A stretch of 64,000 nucleotides of DNA from Nitrospirota bacterium (GTDB taxonomy: Bacteria; Nitrospirota; UBA9217). This document shows, piece by piece, positions 20,139-30,264 of this stretch. The DNA is taken from assembly GCA_029858565.1 (NCBI GenBank), contig JAOUEV010000003.1:49967-113966 (forward strand), given 5' to 3'. Made by a program: the position numbers and the translations under genes. Positions within the stretch are counted from its first letter, which is position 1, and every line of letters starts with the position of its first letter. The notes below the pieces were generated by a model. The model worked only from the letters and a program-made list of their open reading frames with translations. It did no database searches and was not told where the DNA came from.

Positions 20139-20405
20139 ATGATTAAAGTCATTTCAGTGGAGCCTGTCGAACAATTTAAACTGAACATCGTACTGTCCAA
20201 TGGTAAAAAGGGCTTGTTCGATGTCTCTCCCTATCTTGAGCTGGGGGCCTTTCACGAGTTGAACGACCAGACGTATTTTCGCCGCGTCAAGATCTCTTTC
20301 GGCGGGATTGCATGGCCGAATGAACAGGACCTGAGCGCCGATACCATTGAACATGAATTGCAGGAATCAACGGAAACGAACGCGGGGAAAATAAACGCGG
20401 CATGA
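20139..20405 (+). CDS. DUF2442 family protein (partner of DUF4160)
   Basis: FDVSPYL, GIAWPNEQDLS; usual DUF4160-DUF2442 pairing. Confidence 0.85.
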   Translation: MIKVISVEPVEQFKLNIVLSNGKKGLFDVSPYLELGAFHELNDQTYFRRVKISFGGIAWPNEQDLSADTIEHELQESTETNAGKINAA

Positions 20406-20605
20406 GCGTGCTATGCTGTTCGGCTGAGCGAGATTAGTGTGCTTTGCGCAACACGCGCACGTGTAGATGTGTTGTTTGGATAAGCCGTTGGGTATCACGG
20501 AGTTCACCCAACCTACTACTGTGCGAACACAGATGCAAATAGACGTTTTCGAATAAACTGAATAGGTTGGATAATTGAGAGCCCTTTTATCAACAGGTCC
20601 AGGAA

Positions 20606-20929
20606 ATGTCTGAGATTATAGCTTCAACTCAGGTTGAGTGCAGTCGTAGGTCTGGAAAACGACATCTTGTGGCTATAGAACTGGGTCGTCCATATCAAAC
20701 ACAATCTGGAGACTGGGCTTGTCCTCTCGCTATGCGAGGTTTGTACGATAGTCTGCGTGACGTCAGAGGAGAGGATTCCTTTCAAGCAGTTTGTTTGGCG
20801 TTGACTCTCGCACGACGGTTACTTGAAGGTGTTGTCAATGAGGGCGACCGGATTGTGGTTGTAGGTACAAACCAAAATCATCCAATTGAAGCCGTTTTCT
20901 CAGCAATAGGAAAAACTAGTGGTCTGTGA
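20606..20929 (+). CDS. Hypothetical protein (DUF6968-like)
   Basis: LGRPY...DWAC...GEDSFQAVCLAL; AGGA RBS; AT-rich and flanked by REP-like sequences. Confidence 0.6.
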   Translation: MSEIIASTQVECSRRSGKRHLVAIELGRPYQTQSGDWACPLAMRGLYDSLRDVRGEDSFQAVCLALTLARRLLEGVVNEGDRIVVVGTNQNHPIEAVFSAIGKTSGL

Positions 20930-21081
20930 TAATCCAGCTTCGTTTTCGTAACGTGCAGTCTCTCATTAGTTGGGCTGTACGTCCGTAGGTCGGGTACGAC
21001 GCAAAGTTTGAAGCAACTTTTCGGAAACATGTTGGTGTCACTACGTTCAGGCTAACCAACCATTATTAAATTACTAACTCT

Positions 21082-22464
21082 ATGCCAATCGAAACCATAC
21101 TCATAATCGACGACGAAGAGTCCATCCGGAAATCCCTCAAGGACATCTTGATGGACGAGGGATACGAGGTCGCGACCGCGGCATCGGGCCGCGAGGCACT
21201 GGACCTGTTGTCCGAGGCGCAGCCTGCCCTGGCGCTCCTGGACATCGCCATGCCGGACATGGACGGCATCGAGACGCTCAAACGGATCAAGGAAACGCGG
21301 CCCGAGATGCAGGTCATCATGATCACCGGCCACGGCACCATCGACACGGCGGTCCAGACCACGAAGATGGGAGCCTATGATTTCCTGCAAAAGCCGCTGT
21401 CCCTCGAACGGGTGACGCTTGCGGTGAAGAACGGCCTTGAAGAGCACCGGCTCAGGCAGGAGAACGAAGCGCTCAAAAGGAACATCGAGCGGCGCTATGA
21501 GATCGTGGGGGAGAGCGCGGCCATCGTGGCGCTCAAACGCCAGATCTCCCTGGCCGGTCCGACGAACGGCTGGGTCCTGATCCATGGAGAGAGCGGGTCA
21601 GGCAAGGAGCTGGTTGCCCGGGCGATCCACCGCCAGAGCAGGCGCGCGTCAGGTCCTTTCGTCGAGGTGAACTGCGCGGCCATACCCCAGGAACTGATCG
21701 AGAGCGAATTGTTCGGCCATGAAAAGGGCGCATTCACCGGCGCCACGGGAATGAAGCGGGGCAAGTTCGAACTCGCGAACAGCGGCACGATCTTCCTGGA
21801 CGAGATCGCGGACATGAGCCTTGCGACCCAGGCCAAGGTGCTGCGCGTTCTGGAGGGCCAGGAATTCCAGCGCGTGGGCGGGACCCGGAACCTGAAGACC
21901 GATGTGCGGGTCATTGCGGCCTCGAACAAGGACCTGAACGAGGAGATCGGAAGGGGCGCTTTCCGCGAGGACCTCTTTTACCGTCTGAACGTCGTCCCCC
22001 TTGAGGTCCCGCCGCTCCGGGAGCGGAAGGACGACATCCCGGTGCTGGCCGAACACTTTCTGCGCGAGTTCGCCGCCGAATACGGCCAGCGTCCCAAGTC
22101 GCTGTCGCCCGAGGCCATTGACCTGTTCCTCCGCCACCCCTGGAAGGGCAATGTGCGCGAGCTCAGGAACCTTACCGAACGCCTGGTGATCATGGTGCCC
22201 GGTCCGGTCATAGATGCGTCCGATGTGCCGCCGCCCGTGGCCAGGCAGCAGACCGGCCGGCCGCAAACGGGCGGATGTGCGGACCAGGCCATGTATACGG
22301 GATACGCAACGCTCAAAGAGGCCCGCGCCGCGTTCGAAAAGGAATATATCACCCGGAAGCTCAAAGAGAACAACGGCAACGTGAGCAAGACCGCTGACGA
22401 GATCGATGTGGAGCGCAGCAACCTGCATCGGAAGATCAAGGCATTGAACATAGAAACGGATTAG
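21082..22464 (+). CDS. Sigma54-dependent response regulator, NtrX-like
   Basis: Receiver (IIDDE, LDIAMP, QKP), GESGSGKE, ESELFGHEKGAFTGA, C-terminal ERSNLHRKIK. Confidence 0.92.
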   Translation: MPIETILIIDDEESIRKSLKDILMDEGYEVATAASGREALDLLSEAQPALALLDIAMPDMDGIETLKRIKETRPEMQVIMITGHGTIDTAVQTTKMGAYDFLQKPLSLERVTLAVKNGLEEHRLRQENEALKRNIERRYEIVGESAAIVALKRQISLAGPTNGWVLIHGESGSGKELVARAIHRQSRRASGPFVEVNCAAIPQELIESELFGHEKGAFTGATGMKRGKFELANSGTIFLDEIADMSLATQAKVLRVLEGQEFQRVGGTRNLKTDVRVIAASNKDLNEEIGRGAFREDLFYRLNVVPLEVPPLRERKDDIPVLAEHFLREFAAEYGQRPKSLSPEAIDLFLRHPWKGNVRELRNLTERLVIMVPGPVIDASDVPPPVARQQTGRPQTGGCADQAMYTGYATLKEARAAFEKEYITRKLKENNGNVSKTADEIDVERSNLHRKIKALNIETD

Positions 22465-22563
22465 AACACCAAAACAAGGATTAAGGATTGAAGGATCAGC
22501 CAGGTGTTTGTGTGGTTGTAATCCTATGATCCTTACTCCTCCTAATCCTTCACTTGCAGTCCT

Positions 22564-23403
22564 ATGATAGAGACCATCAACCTCACCAAGCAGTTCGGCA
22601 GCCTCACGGCGGTCAAAGAACTTCATATCGCTGTCAAAGATGGCGAGGTCTTCGGCCTTCTGGGGCCGAACGGCGCGGGCAAGACCACGACGATCCGGAT
22701 GCTCACCACGCTTTCCCGTCCTGCTTCAGGCACTGCCAGGATAGCCGGTTTTGACATCATCAACGACCCCCTTGCTGTCAAGAGCATTATCGGCGTTGTT
22801 CCCCAGATGCTGAACCTCGATATCGACCTCACGGCAGCGGAGAACCTGGAGTACCACGGAAGGCTGCACCGCATGGAGGCGGCAGATCGCCGCGGCCGTG
22901 CCGAGGAACTGCTCCGGTTCACGGGCCTCTGGGAAAAGCGGGACACCCATGTGGAGCATCTGTCCGGCGGCATGCGGCGCAGGCTCCTGATCGCCCGCGG
23001 GCTGATGCACCGGCCCAAGGTGGTCTTCCTGGACGAGCCGACCGTGGGGCTCGATCCCCAGGCGCGGCGCATGATCTGGGGCATGCTCCTTGATCTGAAG
23101 CGGAGCGGCATCACCATCCTGCTCACGACCCATTACATCGAGGAGGCCGACGCGCTGTGCGACCGCGTGGCGATCCTGCGGCAGGGAACGGTCATCGCGC
23201 TGGACAGGCCGTCGGCGCTCAAGTCGAACGTCGGCGCGTTCGCGCTTGAGTGCCTGGGCAGGCAGGACATTGCCCGGAAGTTCTTTCGCTCGCGCGAAGA
23301 GGCGATCGAGGCCGGCAAAGATGTTTGCACCGACATCGTTGTCCGCGACGTGACCCTGGAGGACGTGTTCATCAAATTGACCGGGGAACGGATTGAAACA
23401 TGA
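22564..23403 (+). CDS. ABC-2 exporter ATP-binding protein (NodI-like)
   Basis: GPNGAGKT, LSGGM, LDEPTVGLDP. Confidence 0.92.
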   Translation: MIETINLTKQFGSLTAVKELHIAVKDGEVFGLLGPNGAGKTTTIRMLTTLSRPASGTARIAGFDIINDPLAVKSIIGVVPQMLNLDIDLTAAENLEYHGRLHRMEAADRRGRAEELLRFTGLWEKRDTHVEHLSGGMRRRLLIARGLMHRPKVVFLDEPTVGLDPQARRMIWGMLLDLKRSGITILLTTHYIEEADALCDRVAILRQGTVIALDRPSALKSNVGAFALECLGRQDIARKFFRSREEAIEAGKDVCTDIVVRDVTLEDVFIKLTGERIET

Positions 23404-24134
23404 ACTTCTACCCCATCTTCTGGAAAGACCTGCTCTTGATCCGCAAGAAGCCCTGGAAGTTCCTCGCATCCAGCATGGTGATGCCGGTGCTCTACCTGGT
23501 CACTTTCGGCTGGGGGCTCGGCAGGGGGATGGCCATGGCCAACGGCGGGACCTATCTCGACTTTGTGCTGCCGGGCCTGCTCGTCATGTCGGCGATGAAC
23601 AACAGCTTCGGCCCGGTGTCCACGTCGGTGAACGTGAGCAAGCTTTACACCAAGACTATCGAGGAGGTGCTGGTCTCGCCGGTGAGCCACTGGGACATTG
23701 CCCTGGGCCGCGCGCTCATGGGGCTTGTGCGCGGCATGTTCTCCGCGCTGCTCCTGCTCGTGGTGGGACTGCTGTCCGGAGCGCGCCTGCATCTGTCGCC
23801 CGGTCTGGTGCTCGTGCTCGGCCTCACGTCGTTCTGCTTTGCCTCCGCTGCCGTCGCAGCCGCCATGGTCGCCAAGTCCCACGAGGACATGTCGAACTTC
23901 AACAGCTTTGTGATCATCCCCATGTCCTTTCTCGCGGGTACGTTCTTCACCCCTGACAAACTGCCCGAGCCCTTCCACAGCGCGGTGCTGATCTATCCGC
24001 TGACCCACGCCAGCATGCTCTTGCGCGCGTTCGCTGCGGGAGAAGTCCCGTCGATCCCGTCCCTGCTGATTCTCACGGCCTATGCAGCGCTGTTCTTCTA
24101 TCTCGCCGGCAGAATGGTGAAGCGGGCCGTGTAG
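23400..24134 (+). CDS. ABC-2 exporter permease
   Basis: Hydrophobic; YLDFVLPG, FLAGTFF, PLTH; ATGA overlap with the ATPase. Confidence 0.9.
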   Translation: MNFYPIFWKDLLLIRKKPWKFLASSMVMPVLYLVTFGWGLGRGMAMANGGTYLDFVLPGLLVMSAMNNSFGPVSTSVNVSKLYTKTIEEVLVSPVSHWDIALGRALMGLVRGMFSALLLLVVGLLSGARLHLSPGLVLVLGLTSFCFASAAVAAAMVAKSHEDMSNFNSFVIIPMSFLAGTFFTPDKLPEPFHSAVLIYPLTHASMLLRAFAAGEVPSIPSLLILTAYAALFFYLAGRMVKRAV

Positions 24135-24319
24135 CCGCGGTGATCGAGGGAAAGCAGTATAGCATCGATCTTACCGCCTCCGGAATCGAAGAGATCGATC
24201 GACGCTCCACCTGATCCCCATTTGCCCGTCCAACCCCCTCATCGGGAGACAACTAGTCCAAAATTAACCTCTGCAGCCAGCGCAGACCGTTTCTTTCCCC
24301 TCCAACGCCTTGTTTTGGA

Positions 24320-24348
24320 TTGACTTTTCAGGCCCTGAGGGCTAATAT
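24320..24348 (+). promoter_or_regulatory. Sigma70-type promoter
   Basis: TTGACT-17 bp-TAATAT upstream of the GH57 gene. Confidence 0.6.
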
Positions 24349-24402
24349 TTCAGACTGTATATCCGCCGTAACTATTTAAAAAAAGCAGGGTTTTCCAAGC
24401 AC

Positions 24403-26580
24403 ATGCCCAAGGTCCAGTTCATCTTTGCCATACATAACCATCAGCCTGTGGGCAACTTCGACTTCGTCGCCGAGGAGGCGTACCAGAAGTCCTACCTCCC
24501 CTTTGTCAATGTTCTTCAGCGTCACAAGGGCATCAAGATCACGCTCCACTACACCGGTATTCTCTACCGGTTCTTCGAGGAAAAGCATCCTGAGTACCTG
24601 GACATGCTGCGGCAGCTGGTGAAGGAAGGACGGGCGGAGATCCTTTCCGGCGGGTTCTATGAGCCTATCCTGGCCGTGCTTCCTGACGAGGACAAGGTCG
24701 GCCAGGTGCGGGCCCTGTCGGATTATGTGCGCAAGCAGATCGGGTACGACTGCCAGGGCATGTGGCTTGCCGAGCGGGTATGGGAGCCCCATTTGCCCCG
24801 GTTCATCGCTGCGGCGGGCATAGACCACGTGGTGGTGGACGACTACCATTTCAAGGCGGCCGGGCTTCGGGACCAGGAGCTGGACGGCTACTTCCTCACC
24901 GAGGAACAGGGCGCCCTGGTCCGCATCTTCCCGGGCAGCGAGCGGCTTCGCTATCTCATCCCGTTCCATGCTCCCGAGGACACCATCGCCCATCTCGCGA
25001 CGCTCAAGTCACCGGAGCGGAACCGTCTCATCGTGATGGCCGATGACGGCGAGAAGTTCGGGGTCTGGCCCGAGACCTATCGCACGGTCTATGAGGAAGG
25101 GTGGCTCGACCGGTTCTTCACGCTCCTGGAGCAGAACAGCGACTGGCTCGAGACAACAACCTTCTCCGGGTTCATCGCGAAGGAAGGGCCGCGGGGCAGG
25201 GTATATCTGCCCACGGCCTCGTACATGGAAATGGGCGAGTGGACGCTGCCGACGGCCACGATGCGGGAATACGACGACGCCCTCGCGGTGATCAAGACCC
25301 TGCCCGAGGCCGACCGCATCAAGCCCTTCATGAAGGGCGGGACCTGGAGGAACTTCCAGGTCAAGTATCCCGAGAGCAACCACATGCACAAGCGGATGCT
25401 CATGGTGAGCGAGAAGGTCCACCGGGTGCTTGATGCGCCGGGCGCCCTGGCGCGCTTCGACCGCGAAACAGCCAGCATGCTCGACCACCTGTACCAGGGC
25501 CAGTGCAATGACGCATACTGGCACGGCGTCTTCGGCGGACTGTATCTTCCCCATTTGCGGACCGCGGTGTACGAACATCTGATCCGGGCGGAATATCTCG
25601 CGGACAAGGCGCGGAAGACCCTGGGGCCGGTGCTGCGGGCCAAGGCGCAGCAGCAGCGGAAGCGCGAGTCCGACGGGTGGCTCGACATCGAACAAGGCGA
25701 CTTCGACCGCGACGGCAGCGACGAGGTGATGCTCAATTCCGAACTTCTGAACGTACTGGTGGATCCCGCCGAAGGCGGCCGGATCACGGAGCTCGACTGG
25801 AAACCCCTGTCCTTCAACCTCATGAACACCCTGACCCGCAGGCCCGAAGGCTACCATGACAAGATCGCGCTTGCCGGAAAGGGAACCACCGGGGTCAAGA
25901 CCATCCATGACCGGGTCGTGGTGAAGGAAGAGGGGCTCCAGCACCATCTCCATTACGACTGGTACACCCGGGCTTCGCTCATCGACCATTTCCTGGAGAC
26001 CGGCGTGGACCTGCAGAGCTTCATGCGGTCGGAGTACTATGAGGCCGGGGACTTCGTGCTGGGCTCCTACGAAGCAACGACACGGAAACAGCGGAGCGTG
26101 GCCCTGGTCGTGCTGGAACGCGAGGGGAGCGCCGCGGGTATTTCCATCAAGCTCCGGAAGACGCTGTTCCTGCGCGCGGGAGCTGCCGAGGTCATTATCC
26201 GGTACGAGATCGCGAACCAGGACCGGTCGGAGCTGAACACCACCTTCGGCTGCGAGTTCAATTTTTCGCTGCTGGCCGGCAACGCCCACGACCGGTACTA
26301 CGAGATCCCGGGGCACATGCTCGAGAAGCGAAACCTGGCGTCCATCGGCGAAACGAACAATGTAAGCAGTCTGAGCCTGGTGGACGAATGGTTGAAGCTG
26401 ACGGTTGGGCTCTCCTTCTCCCGGCCCGCGGTGCTGTGGCGGGCGCCGGTGGAAACGGTCTCCCAGTCCGAGGCGGGATTCGAGCGGGTGTACCAGAGCT
26501 CCCTGGTGATGCCGTTGTGGAAGATCTCGCTCCGGCCCGGCGGGATCTGGGACGCCGAGATCCGGGTGAGTTTGACGTAA
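24403..26580 (+). CDS. GH57 4-alpha-glucanotransferase/alpha-amylase
   Basis: HNHQPVGNF, WLAERVWEP, DDGEKFGVWP, QCNDAYWHGVFGG, SQSEAGFERVYQ. Confidence 0.92.
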   Translation: MPKVQFIFAIHNHQPVGNFDFVAEEAYQKSYLPFVNVLQRHKGIKITLHYTGILYRFFEEKHPEYLDMLRQLVKEGRAEILSGGFYEPILAVLPDEDKVGQVRALSDYVRKQIGYDCQGMWLAERVWEPHLPRFIAAAGIDHVVVDDYHFKAAGLRDQELDGYFLTEEQGALVRIFPGSERLRYLIPFHAPEDTIAHLATLKSPERNRLIVMADDGEKFGVWPETYRTVYEEGWLDRFFTLLEQNSDWLETTTFSGFIAKEGPRGRVYLPTASYMEMGEWTLPTATMREYDDALAVIKTLPEADRIKPFMKGGTWRNFQVKYPESNHMHKRMLMVSEKVHRVLDAPGALARFDRETASMLDHLYQGQCNDAYWHGVFGGLYLPHLRTAVYEHLIRAEYLADKARKTLGPVLRAKAQQQRKRESDGWLDIEQGDFDRDGSDEVMLNSELLNVLVDPAEGGRITELDWKPLSFNLMNTLTRRPEGYHDKIALAGKGTTGVKTIHDRVVVKEEGLQHHLHYDWYTRASLIDHFLETGVDLQSFMRSEYYEAGDFVLGSYEATTRKQRSVALVVLEREGSAAGISIKLRKTLFLRAGAAEVIIRYEIANQDRSELNTTFGCEFNFSLLAGNAHDRYYEIPGHMLEKRNLASIGETNNVSSLSLVDEWLKLTVGLSFSRPAVLWRAPVETVSQSEAGFERVYQSSLVMPLWKISLRPGGIWDAEIRVSLT

Positions 26581-26607
26581 AGGCTGGACAACACCGGAAA
26601 GCTCATG

Positions 26608-26689
26608 TCGCACGAAGAAACAAAGACACGAAGAAAGTCGTTCCGGAAAAGGTGACAGCATTTCTCCGTGGCTTCGTGAATTCGTGCGA
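26608..26689. repeat. Palindromic element with 8-bp periodic arms (CACGAAGN)
   Basis: TCGCACGAAGAAACAAAGACACGAAGAAA pairs with TTTCTCCGTGGCTTCGTGAATTCGTGCGA. Confidence 0.75.
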
Positions 26690-26735
26690 GAACAGGTCTG
26701 ACTATGTCAATCTTTTGTGAAGGAATGAAAAATCC

Positions 26736-28535
26736 ATGAAGAAGTTCGCGGCAGTTCTTATCGGTTTTCTGCTCCTGATGCCTCTCGCGGTGCGCGCGGA
26801 AAAAGCGCTCGGCCCCGAGGAGGTCACCTCGGTCGACGAGATCGCCGTGTCGATCGCTTCCTACTTCCCGAAGGTGCAGGGAGAAGTGAGTGCCCTGCAG
26901 GGCGACCGGCTCACGCTGTCCGTGGGCAGGAAAGAAGGATTGCTGCCCGGCATGGTGTTGTCGCTCTGGCGCGAGGGCAGGGAATTCCAGCACCCGGTCA
27001 CCAAGGCGGTGCTTGGCCACGTGGAGGATGAGATTGGGTCCGTGGAGGTCCTGACCGTGGCAGAGGGCTCATCCACCGCGGTGATGAAGAACAAACTGAA
27101 GGACCCGAAGCAGGGCGATCGGGCGCGCATTTCGCCGCGCAAGCTCGCGCTCGGGGTGCTTCCGGTCGTGGCCGACCGGCCGGAGATCATCCAGGGGCTT
27201 TCGGACCGGCTGCAGGAACTGGGAAGGTTCTCGGTCCTTGAGACCCAGAAGACGGTATCCTTTCTGAAAGGCAAAAAACAGCGTGACACGTCGCTTGTGC
27301 GCGAGATGATCGACGCCTACAAGCTTGATGCGGTCACTGCAGTGGGTCTCTATCCCGTGGGAGAGAAGCTCCTGGTCACCGCGCGGGTGTTTTACGCCAA
27401 TGAATCGGATCCGGTGGACACGATAGTCGTTCTGCTGTCGCTTGCTTCAAAACGCGAAGCGCTGGGCGACGTACGTCCCTTCTTCGCTCCGGTGCAGGCG
27501 GCGCAGGAAAAGCTTCCCGACCTTCCGGTGGCTGCGCGGTATTTCGGCGCCGGCGATCTTGATGGGGACGGTGCCCTGGAGTATGTTTTTTCCGACGAGA
27601 TGAGGCTCCATATCTACCGGCCGGAACCGTCGGGATGGAAGGAAGCATGGACGGAACAGGTCCCGATGGGTGAAAAGGAAGGCCGGCAGTTCCACCTGGA
27701 TGTCGCGGATATCGATGGCAACGGGAAACCGGAGATCTACGTCACCCGCATGCTGAACAGCAGGGTCTCGACCGTTATTCTCGAGCACCAGGGCAAGGGA
27801 TTCCAGCGTGTCGCGGAGATGAACGGGTTCCTCCGGGTCCTGCGTCAGCCCGGCAGGGGCATGGTCCTCATCGGCCAGGACTATGACCCGGCGACCTTCT
27901 ATGCCGGGCCGGTGCGTGAATATGCCTGGTCCGGTGGCAAGATTGCGGCGGGGCAGACGATCGCGCTCCCGAAGGATGTGAACCTCTATGGATTCACCTT
28001 TGCTGATTTCGGCGAAGCCCGTCCGTTGCTCGTCCTGTTCGATCGCGACAACCGGTTATCGGTCTACTCCGGGGACACGGTGCTCTGGAGGAGCGAAGAG
28101 CGGTATGTTGCGGTTGACGCTGTGGTGATCAAGCCCCTCTCCGGTCTTGACTCCGCTGTCGGCCGCACGGCAAGCGATCTGGACCGTGCCATGGGCAGTG
28201 CCGCGGCCCAGCGCGAGAAGGACAGGGAGATACGCATCCCGGGCGACATCCAGGCACTGGACCTGGACGGGAACGGGAAGGATGAACTGGTGCTCCCCCG
28301 GAACACACCGGTCCCGCTGCTCGGCGGATACAAGGGCGGCGAAGTGCACAGTCTCGCGTGGACCGGAAGCAGGCTGGAGCCCCGGTGGACGGTGAAGGAC
28401 CTGGCAGGCCCGGTCCTGGCAGCGCAGATACTGCCGCCGGTCAGGGGCGCCGCGACGGTCGCAGCCCTGGTCCAGATCCCCGGCGGTCTGTTCAGCAAGG
28501 ACGCCTACCGGGTGGAGCTGTACGAAGGGAAGTAG
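26736..28535 (+). CDS. Exported FG-GAP/VCBS repeat protein
   Basis: Signal peptide; GDLDGDGALE, ADIDGNGKPE, LDLDGNGKDE repeats. Confidence 0.8.
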   Translation: MKKFAAVLIGFLLLMPLAVRAEKALGPEEVTSVDEIAVSIASYFPKVQGEVSALQGDRLTLSVGRKEGLLPGMVLSLWREGREFQHPVTKAVLGHVEDEIGSVEVLTVAEGSSTAVMKNKLKDPKQGDRARISPRKLALGVLPVVADRPEIIQGLSDRLQELGRFSVLETQKTVSFLKGKKQRDTSLVREMIDAYKLDAVTAVGLYPVGEKLLVTARVFYANESDPVDTIVVLLSLASKREALGDVRPFFAPVQAAQEKLPDLPVAARYFGAGDLDGDGALEYVFSDEMRLHIYRPEPSGWKEAWTEQVPMGEKEGRQFHLDVADIDGNGKPEIYVTRMLNSRVSTVILEHQGKGFQRVAEMNGFLRVLRQPGRGMVLIGQDYDPATFYAGPVREYAWSGGKIAAGQTIALPKDVNLYGFTFADFGEARPLLVLFDRDNRLSVYSGDTVLWRSEERYVAVDAVVIKPLSGLDSAVGRTASDLDRAMGSAAAQREKDREIRIPGDIQALDLDGNGKDELVLPRNTPVPLLGGYKGGEVHSLAWTGSRLEPRWTVKDLAGPVLAAQILPPVRGAATVAALVQIPGGLFSKDAYRVELYEGK

Positions 28536-28608
28536 ATCCCGGACGATCGACCGGGTGTGGAGCGGGGGCCAGGAGAGACCCGGCCGCTCTTGAGAGGATC
28601 GCAGCACT

Positions 28609-29409
28609 ATGAAGAAAAAAGAATCTACCGTGGAGGATCTGCGGGGGATGATCGACATGCAGAAGCTGCCGCGCCACATCGCCATCATCATGGATGGGAA
28701 CGGCAGATGGGCGCAGCGCCGGGGCATGCCGCGGGTGTTCGGGCATAAGCGCGGTGCCGAGCGCGTCAAGAACGTGGTGGAGCAGTGCCGCGCCCTGGGC
28801 ATCCAGATCCTGACGCTGTACGCCTTTTCCGACGAGAACTGGGGCCGTCCCCGTGAGGAAGTGAGCTTCCTCATGGACATGCTCGGCAGCTATCTCCGCT
28901 CAGAGATAGATTCCATGAAGAAGAACGGGATCCGGTTCCGCACCATCGGCAGGATCGAACGGCTGCCCGCAAGCGCTTCCACCTGGATCGAGAAGGCCAG
29001 GTCCGAGACCGAGCAGAACTCGGGCATGGTCCTGAACCTGGCGCTGTCCTACGGCGGACGGGGAGAGATCCTGCAGGCCATCCGGAGGCTGCAGAGCGCG
29101 GGAGGGATACCGGAGGAACTTCGCGAGGAGCATCTGTCCCGCCATCTGGACACCGCGGGCCTGCCGGACCCCGACCTGATGATCCGCACGAGCGGCGAGC
29201 AGCGCATCAGCAATTTCCTGCTTTGGCAGGCCGCCTATGCCGAACTTTACTTCACCGAGGTGCTGTGGCCGGATTTCGACGAAAAGGAACTGCTGTTGTC
29301 CATCGTCGATTACCAGAAGCGACACCGGCGTTTCGGCCTGACCGGGGAACAGCTTCCGCAGGGCGTCGGTCGCGACGACGCTCCGACAGCCGCAGAATCC
29401 CATCGTTAA
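28609..29409 (+). CDS. uppS: Undecaprenyl diphosphate synthase
   Basis: IIMDGNGRWA, YAFSDENW, IRTSGEQRISNFLLWQ. Confidence 0.96.
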   Translation: MKKKESTVEDLRGMIDMQKLPRHIAIIMDGNGRWAQRRGMPRVFGHKRGAERVKNVVEQCRALGIQILTLYAFSDENWGRPREEVSFLMDMLGSYLRSEIDSMKKNGIRFRTIGRIERLPASASTWIEKARSETEQNSGMVLNLALSYGGRGEILQAIRRLQSAGGIPEELREEHLSRHLDTAGLPDPDLMIRTSGEQRISNFLLWQAAYAELYFTEVLWPDFDEKELLLSIVDYQKRHRRFGLTGEQLPQGVGRDDAPTAAESHR

Positions 29410-29421
29410 CGGAGACCTTGC

Positions 29422-30222
29422 ATGAGCGGAACCCGCGTTGCCACCAGCGTCGTGCTGATCCCCCTGCTGTTCATCATTGTGTGGGTCCTGCCGCCGATCT
29501 ATTTCGCGGGGCTCGCGGTCGTTGCCGCGGTCGTCGGGCTGCAGGAGTTCTACGGCATGGTCAAGGCGCGCGGTCTCAAGCCGCTCGAAACGATCGGTTT
29601 CCTGCTCGGCGCGGTCCTTATCCTGGAGTTTTCCCGTACCGGCATGCAGCGCCTCGGGTATGACCTTGTCCTGACGTTTAGCGTGCTCGCGGTCCTGTGC
29701 GCGCGGCTCTTCTCCCGGCGGCCCGTGGAAGGGGCGCTCGAGGAGATCGCCGTGACCCTGCTGGGCGTTCTCTATGTTGCGCTGCTCTTCGGGTTCCAGG
29801 TTGCCATCCACCGGGGCTCCCAGGGCAAGTACTGGCTCATGTTCATGTACCTGGTGATCTGGGCGTCCGATACCGGCGCGTATTATGTGGGCAGCGCGTT
29901 CGGAAAGCACCGGCTCTACGAAAAGATCAGCCCCAAGAAGAGCGTCGAGGGACTTGCAGGCGGCGTTGCGGCATCGGTGCTTGTCGCGGTCCTGTGCAAG
30001 CTCTGGCTCGTCAAAGGCCTGGGCTGGGGACCGGCGATCGCGCTTGGCGCGGTTCTCGCGCTGGTCGGGACCGTGGGCGACCTTGCGGAGTCCCTGCTCA
30101 AGCGGAGCGCCGGCGTAAAGGACTCGGGAGCGCTCATCCCCGGACATGGCGGTATCCTGGACCGCATGGACAGCATGCTGTTCGCCGCGCCGGTGCTCTA
30201 TTATTATCTCAAGATGAGGTGA
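29422..30222 (+). CDS. cdsA: Phosphatidate cytidylyltransferase
   Basis: DTGAY, ISPKKSVEG, KDSGALIPGHGGILDRMDS. Confidence 0.96.
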   Translation: MSGTRVATSVVLIPLLFIIVWVLPPIYFAGLAVVAAVVGLQEFYGMVKARGLKPLETIGFLLGAVLILEFSRTGMQRLGYDLVLTFSVLAVLCARLFSRRPVEGALEEIAVTLLGVLYVALLFGFQVAIHRGSQGKYWLMFMYLVIWASDTGAYYVGSAFGKHRLYEKISPKKSVEGLAGGVAASVLVAVLCKLWLVKGLGWGPAIALGAVLALVGTVGDLAESLLKRSAGVKDSGALIPGHGGILDRMDSMLFAAPVLYYYLKMR

Positions 30223-30264
30223 AACAGTGTGGAGTGCGGAGTGCGAAGTGCGGAGTAAAAAGAC

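Noticed and set aside
24140-24214. 24-codon GTG ORF after the ABC permease
   Set aside because: No RBS or recognisable motif; possibly a remnant but unsupported.
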